This document shows positions 18,525 through 27,463 of a stretch of DNA of 35,254 nt, piece by piece. The notes below the pieces were generated by a model that was given only the letters and a program-made list of their open reading frames with translations, did not search any database and was not told where the DNA came from. Numbering within the stretch: the stretch's first letter is position 1; every line of letters begins with the position of its first letter. This stretch comes from an uncultured bacterium (lineage in GTDB: Bacteria > Latescibacterota > UBA2968), in NCBI GenBank assembly GCA_964471275.1, contig CAYYGZ010000013.1, positions 1-35,254 on the forward strand. Direction: 5' to 3'. The translations under genes and the position numbers were made by a program.

Positions 18525-19898
18525 TCACCCTCCCAGAAGCTCTTTCTCCCACCACGCGATGAATGCTGTGTCGCTCACATTTGGGGTCAATCCCTTGGAC
18601 CCCATCCTGTTCACGTGCGATTGACGCATCTTCTCTGCCTCTTCGGCCACCACTGCCGCATCCTCCCTTACCGCTCCCATATCACCGTAGGTCTCGGTCC
18701 ACTGATCCATCCGGGCGCTCATGTTGCCCAATTCCAGCCTGGCATCTTCGGACCCAGCCAGATTGTCCAACTCGAACGGATCAAGGGCCAGGTCATACAA
18801 TTCCTCGTAAGGTCGACACGGAGCGAGGAACTTCTCCTGCGCCGCATTCAGCTTCCCCTCTACCTGGAGAACCGGGGCCAGTGTCCACAGCGGGTAGTGC
18901 TGCTTCTTGTAACCGTTGAACTGCGTGTAGGGCCGCTCGGGGTAGTAGTTGCGTATATACTTGTGTGTCTTCGTCCGCACGCATCGAATCAGATCAACCG
19001 TACCGTCGCACCGGTCGCGGGCCGAGACAATGTGATCCCGCTCATTCGCGTCCGGGCCCAGGAACACGTTTCCTTCCATCCCTTCCGGCACATCGAGCCC
19101 GGCCAGCGAGAGTGACACCGGGGCGAAGTCGATCCCGCTCACCAACGCGTCTGTCACGGCACCCGCTTCAATGTGTCCAGGCCACCGAACCATACACGGA
19201 ATCCGGATCCCTCCCTCATACAGAAATTGCTTGTCTCGTATGTGCGCACGTCCGTGATCACTGATGATGAACACGATCGTGTTCTCGCTCAACCCATCGT
19301 CCTCGAGACGCTTAAGCACCTCTCCCACCTTGCGATCGAAAACCTGGATGCTCTCCAGCCACATCGCCCAGTCTTTGCGGACCAGCGGGTGATCCGGGTA
19401 ATACGGAGGCAGTTCGACCGCATCTGGGTCGATCGGGTTGTCCGGATCCGGAGAAAAGTTGCGATGCGTGTCCGTGATGTTGAACTGGGCGTAAAACGGC
19501 TGGTCACCCTCTCGCTCCGTCCAGAGCACACCGTCAAACGGATCTTCTCTGAGAAAATTGAAGTCCGTCTTCCCGGGCCTGTCCGAAGGGGGACCGCTGC
19601 TGTTGCACGTAAAGTAGCCGGCATCCCGGAAGTAGTCCGTAACCAGCCTGATGTTGTCGTCGAGCGGCGTATCGCGCTTGCTGCGGTGATTGTGCGCGCC
19701 AAAACTCGTCTGGTACCGCCCCGTGATAATCGCGGATCGGCTGGCCGAGCAGACAGGACACGTCACATACGCATTTGTAAAACGCGTTCCCTCGGTCGCG
19801 AACTGATCCAGCACAGGCGTCTGGACTACCGGTGTCCCATAGCACGAAAGGTCCGGATAGAGGTCTTCACCATATATCCACACAACATTGGGTCTCAT
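18525..19898 (-). CDS. Sulfatase (formylglycine-dependent, N-sulfoglucosamine sulfohydrolase-like)
   Basis: MRPNVVWIYGEDL, CPVCSASRSAIITG (CxAxR), SDHG, K..LYEGGIRIP, RDRCD, KYIRNY, EELYDL..DPFE. The ORF-track start across the N-gap is artefactual. Confidence 0.9.
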   Translation of the reverse strand: MRPNVVWIYGEDLYPDLSCYGTPVVQTPVLDQFATEGTRFTNAYVTCPVCSASRSAIITGRYQTSFGAHNHRSKRDTPLDDNIRLVTDYFRDAGYFTCNSSGPPSDRPGKTDFNFLREDPFDGVLWTEREGDQPFYAQFNITDTHRNFSPDPDNPIDPDAVELPPYYPDHPLVRKDWAMWLESIQVFDRKVGEVLKRLEDDGLSENTIVFIISDHGRAHIRDKQFLYEGGIRIPCMVRWPGHIEAGAVTDALVSGIDFAPVSLSLAGLDVPEGMEGNVFLGPDANERDHIVSARDRCDGTVDLIRCVRTKTHKYIRNYYPERPYTQFNGYKKQHYPLWTLAPVLQVEGKLNAAQEKFLAPCRPYEELYDLALDPFELDNLAGSEDARLELGNMSARMDQWTETYGDMGAVREDAAVVAEEAEKMRQSHVNRMGSKGLTPNVSDTAFIAWWEKELLGG

Positions 19899-19920
19899 GG
19901 CATCATCACTCCCGCCCCTA

Positions 19921-20070
19921 CAATGGTTAATGGCCAATGGTGAATGGCNNNNNNNNNNNNNNNNNNNNNNNNNNNNNNNNNNNNNNNNNNNNNNNNNNNN
20001 NNNNNNNNNNNNNNNNNNNNNNNNNNNNNNNNNNNNNNNNNNNNNNNNAATGGCCAATGGTGAATGGCTA
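19921..20070. repeat. Heptamer tandem repeat (AATGGNN) spanning a 100-N assembly gap (19949-20048)
   Basis: The identical 20-mer AATGGCCAATGGTGAATGGC lies on both sides of the gap, with 7-bp periodicity. Confidence 0.8.
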
Positions 20071-20093
20071 ATCTCCAGTCAATCTCTCCCGCC

Positions 20094-20921
20094 TCACACC
20101 TCGAGATCCGGATGCTCTTGCACGTACTTGGCTTGAGCAACACCAAAATTCTCCTGCAGTTGTATGGTCAACCCACCATCAATCACAAGCGTGTGACCGG
20201 TGATAAACGACGCCTCATCAGACACGAGGAATCGAACCCCGTTCGCGATGTCCTCCGGGAGTCCGGTTCTGCCCACAGGATACTGCGAAACAAAGAAATC
20301 GTGCTTTGCCGGGTTCTTCTTCCACCAATCGGCAATCCTCTCAGTGACAATGTGCCCCGGGCAAATCGCGTTCACCGTCACCCCATCCGGGCCAAAATCA
20401 CAGGCCATCTGCTTCGTCAGGCCGATCACCGCCGACTTTGCGGTCGCATAAGCCAGATGTCCCGTAGCCATTAGCATGCCGTGCACCGACGAAATGTTTA
20501 CGATCGATCCGCCACCCGAATCACGCATATGCTGGATCGCGTGCTTCACCGCCCAGTAATGCGCCTTCACCATCGTGTCCATCGCGAAGTGCCACGCAGA
20601 GTCCCCGAGCGTCTCGGCACTGCCGTCACCGCCACCGCCCCCACCCCACGCATTGTTCACGAGAATATTCAGCCCCCCGAAAGTCTCGACACACCGGGTG
20701 ATCATCTGCTCGACATCATCTGTCTTCGACACATCCGTGTGACACGTCTCCGCCACACCCCCTGCATCCCGGATGCAGTCGACATTCGCCTTGGCAGCAT
20801 CGTCATCAATGTCCGCGACCAGAACCTTTGCGCCCTCTTCCGCCAGACGGCGTGCTATTGCGCCCCCGATCCCGCTCGCACCACCCGTGACAATTGCGAC
20901 TTTGTTTTGTAGACTGGCCAT
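20094..20921 (-). CDS. SDR family NAD(P)-dependent oxidoreductase
   Basis: TGGASGIG, LVNNA, NISS, YATAK, VNAICPG, ASFITG..L.IDGG. Confidence 0.93.
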   Translation of the reverse strand: MASLQNKVAIVTGGASGIGGAIARRLAEEGAKVLVADIDDDAAKANVDCIRDAGGVAETCHTDVSKTDDVEQMITRCVETFGGLNILVNNAWGGGGGGDGSAETLGDSAWHFAMDTMVKAHYWAVKHAIQHMRDSGGGSIVNISSVHGMLMATGHLAYATAKSAVIGLTKQMACDFGPDGVTVNAICPGHIVTERIADWWKKNPAKHDFFVSQYPVGRTGLPEDIANGVRFLVSDEASFITGHTLVIDGGLTIQLQENFGVAQAKYVQEHPDLEV

Positions 20922-20945
20922 TGCTCTCCAGTATCGCGATCACCG

Positions 20946-21056
20946 GTCATCCTGAGTAGCCTGCTTGGCCACCCGATAGACTCCGATCCGGTATGTCAGG
21001 TAATAGGTCAGACGTATCGAAGGACGGCCGCCAGCTGATAGATACCCTTCGATACG
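20946..21056. repeat. REP-like palindromic element in the divergent intergenic region
   Basis: GTCATCCTGAGTAGC followed by a perfect 11-bp inverted repeat CGTATCGAAGG (21013-21023)/CCTTCGATACG (21046-21056). Confidence 0.55.
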
Positions 21057-21141
21057 GCGAGCACTTGCACTGTTCTTCGGTAAGCGCCGACTTCGGAACT
21101 CAATTGCGGCCATTCAGGCAATTCGGCAGGAGCGCCTCACA

Positions 21142-22257
21142 ATGAAGATCACCGAAATCAAGCCCATCCTCACCGACCGCTACCTCCTCGTCCGTGTCTA
21201 CACCGACGCCGGCATCATCGGCAACGGAGAATCCGGTCTGTGGGCTCACCATCGTTCGTGTGCTGAGATGATCCGTGAACTCAGCGAATACTACGTGGGC
21301 AAGGACCCCAGACGGATCGAGCACCACTACCAGACCGTCACACGAAACGCCCACTTCATGGGCGCAGTAATCAGCTCCGCAGTCAGTGCCATCGATGTCG
21401 CTTTGTGGGACATCCTGGGCAAGTCAGTGGATCTGCCGGTCTATCAGCTGCTTGGGGGAAGGTGCCGCGACAAGATAAGGTTGTTCAACAACATCAGGGG
21501 AGCAACAATTGAAGAGCAGGTCGAGTCTGCCAGACAGGTGGTGTCCGACGGGTTCACTTCGCTCCGAACGAACCCCTTCTTTCCCGGTTTCGAGAAGCGG
21601 GAGAGTACACAGATCGTGACCGAAGCGATCGACCTGATCAGCTCGATCCGCGACGCCGTCGGATACGGCGTTGATCTGGGTGTGGAGATTCACCGCAACC
21701 TGATGCCCGATGAGGCCATCACGCTGGCGAAGGCTCTGGAGCCCTTCCGCCTGAAGTACTTCGAAGACCCGCTAGGCCCGGAGAGCAACGACGCCCACGA
21801 CTACATCGCCAAACACATCGACATCCCGATGGCGCTGGGCGAGCGCAACTTCCTCGTCACCCAGTTCAGCGAATTGATCCACAAGCAGATCGCATCCTTT
21901 ATCCGTCCCGATCTGTCCCTCGTCGGCGGTTTCACCCAGGCAAAGAAGATCGCCGCGATCGCCGAACCACACTTCGTTCAAATCTTTCCGCATCTGATGG
22001 GCAGCCCCGTCAACAACGCCGCCTTCGCCCATCTTGCCGCCGCGATCCCCAACTACTACGTCACCGAGGTCAACCCGCACACGGCAGAGCAGGCCGCTCT
22101 AGTAGACGAGCCATTCAAGACAGCAAATGGATATCGCGAACTGCCCAATCGACCGGGCATCGGCGTTGAGATCGACGAGGCAGCGTGTGAAAAACTACCA
22201 TTTTCGAAGAGGGAGATCGGTGGAAGTTTCCAGATCGATGGATCGGTAGCGCATTAG
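21142..22257 (+). CDS. Mandelate racemase/MLE-family dehydratase (galactonate dehydratase-like)
   Basis: AGGAG SD. MKITEIK, G..GESG, SAIDVALWDILGK, PVYQLLGGRCRD, EIH/EDP/GER metal ligands, RPGIGVE, DGSVAH. Confidence 0.9.
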   Translation: MKITEIKPILTDRYLLVRVYTDAGIIGNGESGLWAHHRSCAEMIRELSEYYVGKDPRRIEHHYQTVTRNAHFMGAVISSAVSAIDVALWDILGKSVDLPVYQLLGGRCRDKIRLFNNIRGATIEEQVESARQVVSDGFTSLRTNPFFPGFEKRESTQIVTEAIDLISSIRDAVGYGVDLGVEIHRNLMPDEAITLAKALEPFRLKYFEDPLGPESNDAHDYIAKHIDIPMALGERNFLVTQFSELIHKQIASFIRPDLSLVGGFTQAKKIAAIAEPHFVQIFPHLMGSPVNNAAFAHLAAAIPNYYVTEVNPHTAEQAALVDEPFKTANGYRELPNRPGIGVEIDEAACEKLPFSKREIGGSFQIDGSVAH

Positions 22258-22260
22258 TGC

Positions 22261-22277
22261 GCTGGGCTCTGCCCAGC
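22261..22277 (+). terminator. Stem-loop just after the dehydratase stop
   Basis: GCTGGGC-tct-GCCCAGC. No strong U-tract. Confidence 0.3.
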
Positions 22278-22456
22278 CTGCCGTTCTGTACGCCAAGCAA
22301 GTCGCCGAGCTCTGCACGGTGACGCACTCAGCAGACACATCCTGCTCGTTACCACATATCAAACGACCGCAACACCACGACTACGTCTTCCCTATTCCCT
22401 CCTCACCCACAGAGAATCGTAACCCACTCATCGCCACGCAGTGACGTCTCCGCCCA

Positions 22457-23221
22457 TCAGAACAACACCGCCCCTCCACACACCGCGATCGTCTGCCCCG
22501 TCACATAGTCCGACAAATCCGTCACCAGAAACTCGACCACCTTCGCGCAGTCCTCGGGCAGACCCAGCCGCCCCAGCGCAATCTGCTCTTCGAGGTTCTT
22601 CCGGGTCTCACCTTCGTTCCGACCTGCGGCAATCGCGCGAGAACTGAGAATCCATCCGGGCGCGATGCAATTCACGTGCACGTTGTGCGGACCCAGCTCC
22701 AGCGCCAAGCACCTTGTGTAGTGGATGACGGCTGCCTTCGCCGTCGAATACGAGAAACCTTTCCCTCCCTGCAGTCCGGCCTGACTCCCGACATTCACGA
22801 TTTTGCCGGACGCCCGGCGCTTCATGATCTCTGACGCTGCTTCACAGCAGTGCACGGTGCCGTGGAAATTGAGGTCGAACATCGGCTTGAACTCCAGTCG
22901 ATCAAACAGCGCGCCGCCCGCATTGTTCACCAGAATATCCAGCCGACCGAAGGTCTCCCCGATCTCCCCGATCATTTCGTCGACCTGCTCACGCTCGGTG
23001 ACATCCGCTTCGATACCGAGGCTCTTCCGCCCCATCGCCTTGATCTCGTCCGGGACCGAATCGGCGCTCAACTCCTCACCATACTCTTCGTGCGCATTCA
23101 GACTGAGATCGTTCACGACCACATCCGCACCCAGCCCGGCCAAGTGGAGCGCATACGCCCTCCCCAATCCACGCCCCGCACCTGTCACAAGCGCAACTTT
23201 ACCTTCAAGTTTGAGACTCAA
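22457..23221 (-). CDS. SDR family oxidoreductase (FabG-like)
   Basis: Probable TTG start at 23221 (ORF open to 23269). TGAGRGLG, LVNNAG, YSTAK, VNCIAPG, YVTGQ. Confidence 0.9.
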   Translation of the reverse strand: MSLKLEGKVALVTGAGRGLGRAYALHLAGLGADVVVNDLSLNAHEEYGEELSADSVPDEIKAMGRKSLGIEADVTEREQVDEMIGEIGETFGRLDILVNNAGGALFDRLEFKPMFDLNFHGTVHCCEAASEIMKRRASGKIVNVGSQAGLQGGKGFSYSTAKAAVIHYTRCLALELGPHNVHVNCIAPGWILSSRAIAAGRNEGETRKNLEEQIALGRLGLPEDCAKVVEFLVTDLSDYVTGQTIAVCGGAVLF

Positions 23222-23233
23222 GGTTGACTCTCT

Positions 23234-23254
23234 CTCCACTCTCCACTCTCCACT
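23234..23254. repeat. Perfect heptamer tandem repeat (CTCCACT)x3
   Basis: Seen directly at 23234, 23241 and 23248. Confidence 0.85.
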
Positions 23255-23272
23255 CCGAAGGTTGTCCACCTA

Positions 23273-24154
23273 TCAATCACGCCAGGCATGAGACGAAGAC
23301 GTCTGCCTGATCAACCTAGCTCCCCTCTGCCCCCAGCCCCCCCCCGCGCCCTTACCGTCTTCATCGCCTGCCAGCTCGATCAACCCGCCCACAGTCGCCA
23401 TCCAGCAACCCTCGTCCACGGCATACCGAACCACATCCTTCACAACCTGCACCTCTCCCGGATTAATCATCAACATCCAGGGATGCACCACAAGACCGGC
23501 CATCGATCGATTCTCCTTGGCCCAATCGATCATCGCCATCCACTTCTTGCGCGCACCGGTTGGACTGAAGGCCTCCTCGTGAAGCTCTGCCCAGTAAGGT
23601 CGTCGATCCGTGTAGTCCGACGCTCCCCTGCCCTTCCCACCCGGAACAAGCACCTTGCGATCCGAACCCTCGACATCCCGCCAGACGGGAACAGGTGAGT
23701 CCTTGCCGCGAAACCGTGATTCGACAAACGTAATTCCGACCTCGGCCGCCGCCTTCAGCGTGTTCTCATCCGCCATCCCGTGATGTGGGCACCCGATCCC
23801 GTCCACTTCGACGCCGCAAGCATCGGCGATCGATTCACGCATCCGCATCATCTCGTGCCGCTGTTCTCGGTAGGGTCTTCCGGCGAATGCCGGCTCGTGA
23901 TACATGCCATGTCCGTAGACCTCGTGGCCCGCCTCGACGATATCACGGATCAGGTTCGGGAAAAGCTCGGCCGTGATACCCAGAACGCAGAACGAGACGT
24001 GCAAGTCCAGTTCGGCAAACATGTCCAGCAGGTTGAGCACGGAAACACGCTCCAACCGGTAGTCACCGATATACCGCTCCGATTCGACGTGCTCGACGTC
24101 AACCCGCAGCCGGAAGGCGAAATCGTGCCCGGGCCAGTTCACGTCAGACATCAT
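23273..24154 (-). CDS. Polysaccharide deacetylase (CE4/NodB-like)
   Basis: RVDVE, SFCVLG, GHEVYGHGMYH (HxxxH), GCPH, VVHPW. Start MMSDVN overlaps the upstream gene's end. Confidence 0.8.
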   Translation of the reverse strand: MMSDVNWPGHDFAFRLRVDVEHVESERYIGDYRLERVSVLNLLDMFAELDLHVSFCVLGITAELFPNLIRDIVEAGHEVYGHGMYHEPAFAGRPYREQRHEMMRMRESIADACGVEVDGIGCPHHGMADENTLKAAAEVGITFVESRFRGKDSPVPVWRDVEGSDRKVLVPGGKGRGASDYTDRRPYWAELHEEAFSPTGARKKWMAMIDWAKENRSMAGLVVHPWMLMINPGEVQVVKDVVRYAVDEGCWMATVGGLIELAGDEDGKGAGGGWGQRGARLIRQTSSSHAWRD

Positions 24155-25217
24155 CGTCGTCCTCTCCGGCATCTTCCTGATCGAAGGTGACGCGCTCACT
24201 GGACTCGTAGGCCAACTTGTAGGCGAGAATCAGATCCAGCGTCTTGAGTCCCTCATCCTGCCAGGGATTGGGATCTCCGTCCTCACGAATCAGTCGAATC
24301 CACTCTCCCAACTCACGTTGGAACGGATTCCAGCTTTCGCACTCTGTTCGCGTCACGCCTGATCGTGAGTGGACCTCTACATAGCTGCCCTTCTCGTCCT
24401 GATCGATCACCAGCGCGCCCTCGTCTCCGATCACGTGCGTCGCCCTCCCTCTTGGGAAGGGATGGTGAGTGGACAGGATCAGGTCGATCGTGGCCAGCGC
24501 ATCGTTGTCGAACCGCACAAGACATTTGGCATTGTCTATGAAAGGAATCCCCCGGTGATCCAGATTCTCACCAAACCCGAGGACGTCTCGAGGATCGGCA
24601 TTCATCAGCATCCGCGCCTGATCGAACGCATAGAACCCGGTTTCGAGTTCAGGTCCCGCGGCCATCGATGTGTCACTCTTCCAGCCCCCGAGGGTCAGGT
24701 GATGTGTTATCGAGAAATGGCCGTTGATCGGGCGACCGATTGCGCCAGAATCGATGATATCGCTGGCGGTGACCGATGGTGCGCGAAAACGGGTGGGTAG
24801 ACTGCCGACCGTTATCAGACCCAGGTGATTGGACATCTCGAAAGCTGCAAGCGCTTCCTGGGTCGTCTGTGCAAACGGCTTTGGCAGAAAGACGTGGACG
24901 CCGTGCTCCAAACCGATCGCGCAATACTTCGAGCGCAGATAGTCTTCCGTACAGATACAGATCGCGTCGGGCTTTCCCTTCTCGAACAACTCGTCGATCT
25001 GCTCATACACATCGCAATCGAACCTCGTTCCCATCTCATCGACGGTATTCGGGAACTTCGCCAGCCAAGGCAGGTTGAGCGCGTCTCGGATATACTTCGG
25101 ATCACGGTCAAAGTGAACGATCCCGGCCAGCTCAACCCCCTCCATATCCAGGAAGGTCTGACTGTAGTGAAGTGAGTAGCTGGACACGGCTCCGATGATA
25201 CCGACACGGATCGCCAT
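24144..25217 (-). CDS. Gfo/Idh/MocA family oxidoreductase (divergent)
   Basis: IRVGIIG, ICICTED, GVHVFLPKPFA, GAIGRP, C-terminal EGLKTLDLILA. Confidence 0.82.
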   Translation of the reverse strand: MAIRVGIIGAVSSYSLHYSQTFLDMEGVELAGIVHFDRDPKYIRDALNLPWLAKFPNTVDEMGTRFDCDVYEQIDELFEKGKPDAICICTEDYLRSKYCAIGLEHGVHVFLPKPFAQTTQEALAAFEMSNHLGLITVGSLPTRFRAPSVTASDIIDSGAIGRPINGHFSITHHLTLGGWKSDTSMAAGPELETGFYAFDQARMLMNADPRDVLGFGENLDHRGIPFIDNAKCLVRFDNDALATIDLILSTHHPFPRGRATHVIGDEGALVIDQDEKGSYVEVHSRSGVTRTECESWNPFQRELGEWIRLIREDGDPNPWQDEGLKTLDLILAYKLAYESSERVTFDQEDAGEDDDDV

Positions 25218-25395
25218 CTACCTGGCCCCCTCGAGTTCAGAACGGTAATTCTTGCACTGTCTGTCAGAATTCGTCAGTCCCATTTCCCCTGCAATCCAAA
25301 GTGAGTTACAAAAGAACAACGGCGTACCAGGTACCAGGACGACAGCGGCAGTCTCAGTACCTTGGAACTCCTGACGGCCCAAGCCTCGTCGACCA

Positions 25396-25423
25396 GTCCA
25401 CCGAAGCTCTGGCATAGGTGGAC
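25396..25423. repeat. REP-like hairpin
   Basis: GTCCACC-gaagctctggcata-GGTGGAC. Confidence 0.45.
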
Positions 25424-25466
25424 GGCGGCTGGAACGCTTCCGTCCTTTTGGAACGCCGTTCTGCCT

Positions 25467-26534
25467 CTACAGTGGCAGGTTCACCGGCTGGTTCATTTGA
25501 CCTGACTGGTATGCGCCCACGAGCACTTCGAGCGTTTTTCGCCCTTCCTCACCCGGTACGTCTGGCTGCCGGCCCTCGAACACAGCTTCTGCAAAGCGAT
25601 CAAAGTAGGTGACGTAGGAATCCCCTTTCACATCTTCAAATGTGAGCTCGGTCCAGTCTCCCTTGGTCAACCCATCCACATCGCGATCGGTGAACACAAG
25701 CAACCGCTTTCCGGCGAACACGATCTGCCCCTTGGTGCCCTGGATCCTGTTCCCGTTCGTTTCTGTCCCCCTCACACCCGATCGCTTGGCACCGGGTATC
25801 GCCGACCCGGCTTGAATCGTACCGATCGCCCCGTTCTCAAACCTGAGCGAAACCGTGATCACATCCTCGACTTCTACATCGGTGTTGAACGTGTCGTATT
25901 CTGCAAAGATGCGTTTGACCTCGAGACCCGTGACGTATCGCATCCTGTAGACATCGTAGATGTAGTTCATAACGAGGATACCGCCGCCGGACTGCTCCTT
26001 CGACATCCGCCAGGTCGTCTTGACACGGTTGGTGTATCCCCCGGTCCAGTAGCTGTTCGGCTTGTTCGAAGCACCCGTGATTTGCAGGGCCATCACATCG
26101 CCAATCACACCATCGGCAATCAGCTCCCGGGCCCTTTGCGTCTGTGGCTGATAATGGACACCTGATTCCTTTGACGATAGCAGCACGCCGTTAGCTTTGC
26201 ACGCGTCGATTAGGGCATCCGCGTCCTCGAGCGTCGTTGCCATCGGCTTCTCCACGATCACGTGCTTTCCGGCCTTTGCGGCCTCGACACCAAGCGGTAC
26301 GTGCAGGTAGTGTGGTGTCGATACCATTACGGCATCGACGTCGTCCCTGGCCAGGAACGTTTCGAGGTCGGCCCCGCACGGAATGCCGAAATCTTCCTCG
26401 TATGATGCGGCAACATCCGCAACAGGATCGACACCAGCAACCATCTGGCACTTCTCGCACCGTTGGAAGATACCACCCGTCGACTTGTGAGCGATCTCGC
26501 CCAATCCAATCAGACCAAATCTGAGCTTGCTCAT
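25467..26534 (-). CDS. Gfo/Idh/MocA family oxidoreductase
   Basis: GLIGLGEIA, STPHYLH, GKHVIVEKPMA, WR...SGGGIL, VEVED. ATGA overlap with the upstream isomerase. Confidence 0.92.
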   Translation of the reverse strand: MSKLRFGLIGLGEIAHKSTGGIFQRCEKCQMVAGVDPVADVAASYEEDFGIPCGADLETFLARDDVDAVMVSTPHYLHVPLGVEAAKAGKHVIVEKPMATTLEDADALIDACKANGVLLSSKESGVHYQPQTQRARELIADGVIGDVMALQITGASNKPNSYWTGGYTNRVKTTWRMSKEQSGGGILVMNYIYDVYRMRYVTGLEVKRIFAEYDTFNTDVEVEDVITVSLRFENGAIGTIQAGSAIPGAKRSGVRGTETNGNRIQGTKGQIVFAGKRLLVFTDRDVDGLTKGDWTELTFEDVKGDSYVTYFDRFAEAVFEGRQPDVPGEEGRKTLEVLVGAYQSGQMNQPVNLPL

Positions 26535-27304
26535 TCTGCCAGACCTGTCGAAAACGTACGGAACTTCTCGATATGCTGTTTCAGAACCGCAGTCGAATCC
26601 TCCGGATTAATGACTTCCACCGAGAAGAACCCGTCAAAGCCTGCCGGACCCAACAATTCGAACGTCCGTCTGTTGTTCACGTCACCTGCCTTGCCATCGT
26701 CCTGTGCGCTAAAATGCACGTGCTGAATATCCGACGCGATGTGTTCGTAGGTCTCATCCACCGATTGCCCGCGGCTGATGTGGTGACCGATATGCCACAG
26801 AACCCCCACATTGCTGGCCCCCGAGTCTTCGACGATCCGTTTCGCCCAATCGGCCCGCATGTTCGTGTGCGTCTCGATAAGCAGTGCCACAAGGTGCTGC
26901 CCGGCGTGATCATCGACTGCGGCGCACGACTCTGCCGCCAACTTCAACACCGTATCTACATCCTCCTCGGGTACCGGGTCACCAAAAACCCGCAGATACG
27001 GCGCCCCTATGCTTTGGGCGAGTTCGATATACCGCTTCAGCGGCTCACGTGTCAGCAAATGATCCGCTTCGCTCGGCGAGTTGAGCTTCACGCCAGTAGC
27101 GATACACGATGCCGCAACGCCGCTATCCTCCAGCATCCCGGCCGCTGATGCCAGGTAGTCATCCGACGCGGACAACTCGATTCCGTGCGCGTGATCCCAC
27201 TCGACTCGAAATTCAAGCCCTTCGTACCCATACTCGATCGCAGTCTCCACCAATTCAGGCAGTGTCTGCATCGGACACACAGAACTCATGAATCCTGGTT
27301 TCAC
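26531..27304 (-). CDS. Sugar-phosphate isomerase/epimerase (AP-endonuclease-2 TIM barrel)
   Basis: GYEGLEFR, IELAQSIGAPYLRVFG, LLIETH, HIGH, QHVH, GFDGFFSVE. Confidence 0.85.
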   Translation of the reverse strand: MKPGFMSSVCPMQTLPELVETAIEYGYEGLEFRVEWDHAHGIELSASDDYLASAAGMLEDSGVAASCIATGVKLNSPSEADHLLTREPLKRYIELAQSIGAPYLRVFGDPVPEEDVDTVLKLAAESCAAVDDHAGQHLVALLIETHTNMRADWAKRIVEDSGASNVGVLWHIGHHISRGQSVDETYEHIASDIQHVHFSAQDDGKAGDVNNRRTFELLGPAGFDGFFSVEVINPEDSTAVLKQHIEKFRTFSTGLAE

Positions 27305-27324
27305 TCAACCCCCAAAAGGAAAAG

Positions 27325-27461
27325 GCGCTCCAAAAGACCAGAGGCGATCCAGGTTCTNNNNNNNNNNTGGAAGGCCAAACCAGGTTCGCGCAGGTGCTAG
27401 TAAGTTTCCGTGTTTCTTGGAGCGCTTCACGCTGTTTTGGAACCTGGATCGCTTTTGAACC
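27325..27461. repeat. TTTTGGA(A/G)C-type intergenic repeat, inverted copies around a 10-N gap
   Basis: GCGATCCAGGTTC (27344-56)/GAACCTGGATCGC (27440-52) and GCGCTCCAA (27325-33)/TTGGAGCGC (27417-25). Related copies at 16506-16541 and 25430-25456. Confidence 0.6.
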
Positions 27462-27463
27462 TC

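Noticed and set aside
19921..20070. CRISPR array hidden in the 100-N gap
   Set aside because: The flanks are 7-bp periodic simple repeats, no spacers are visible, and no cas genes are present.
25218..25415. 65-aa ORF abutting the Gfo gene
   Set aside because: It starts inside a REP-like hairpin, has no SD and shows no recognisable features.
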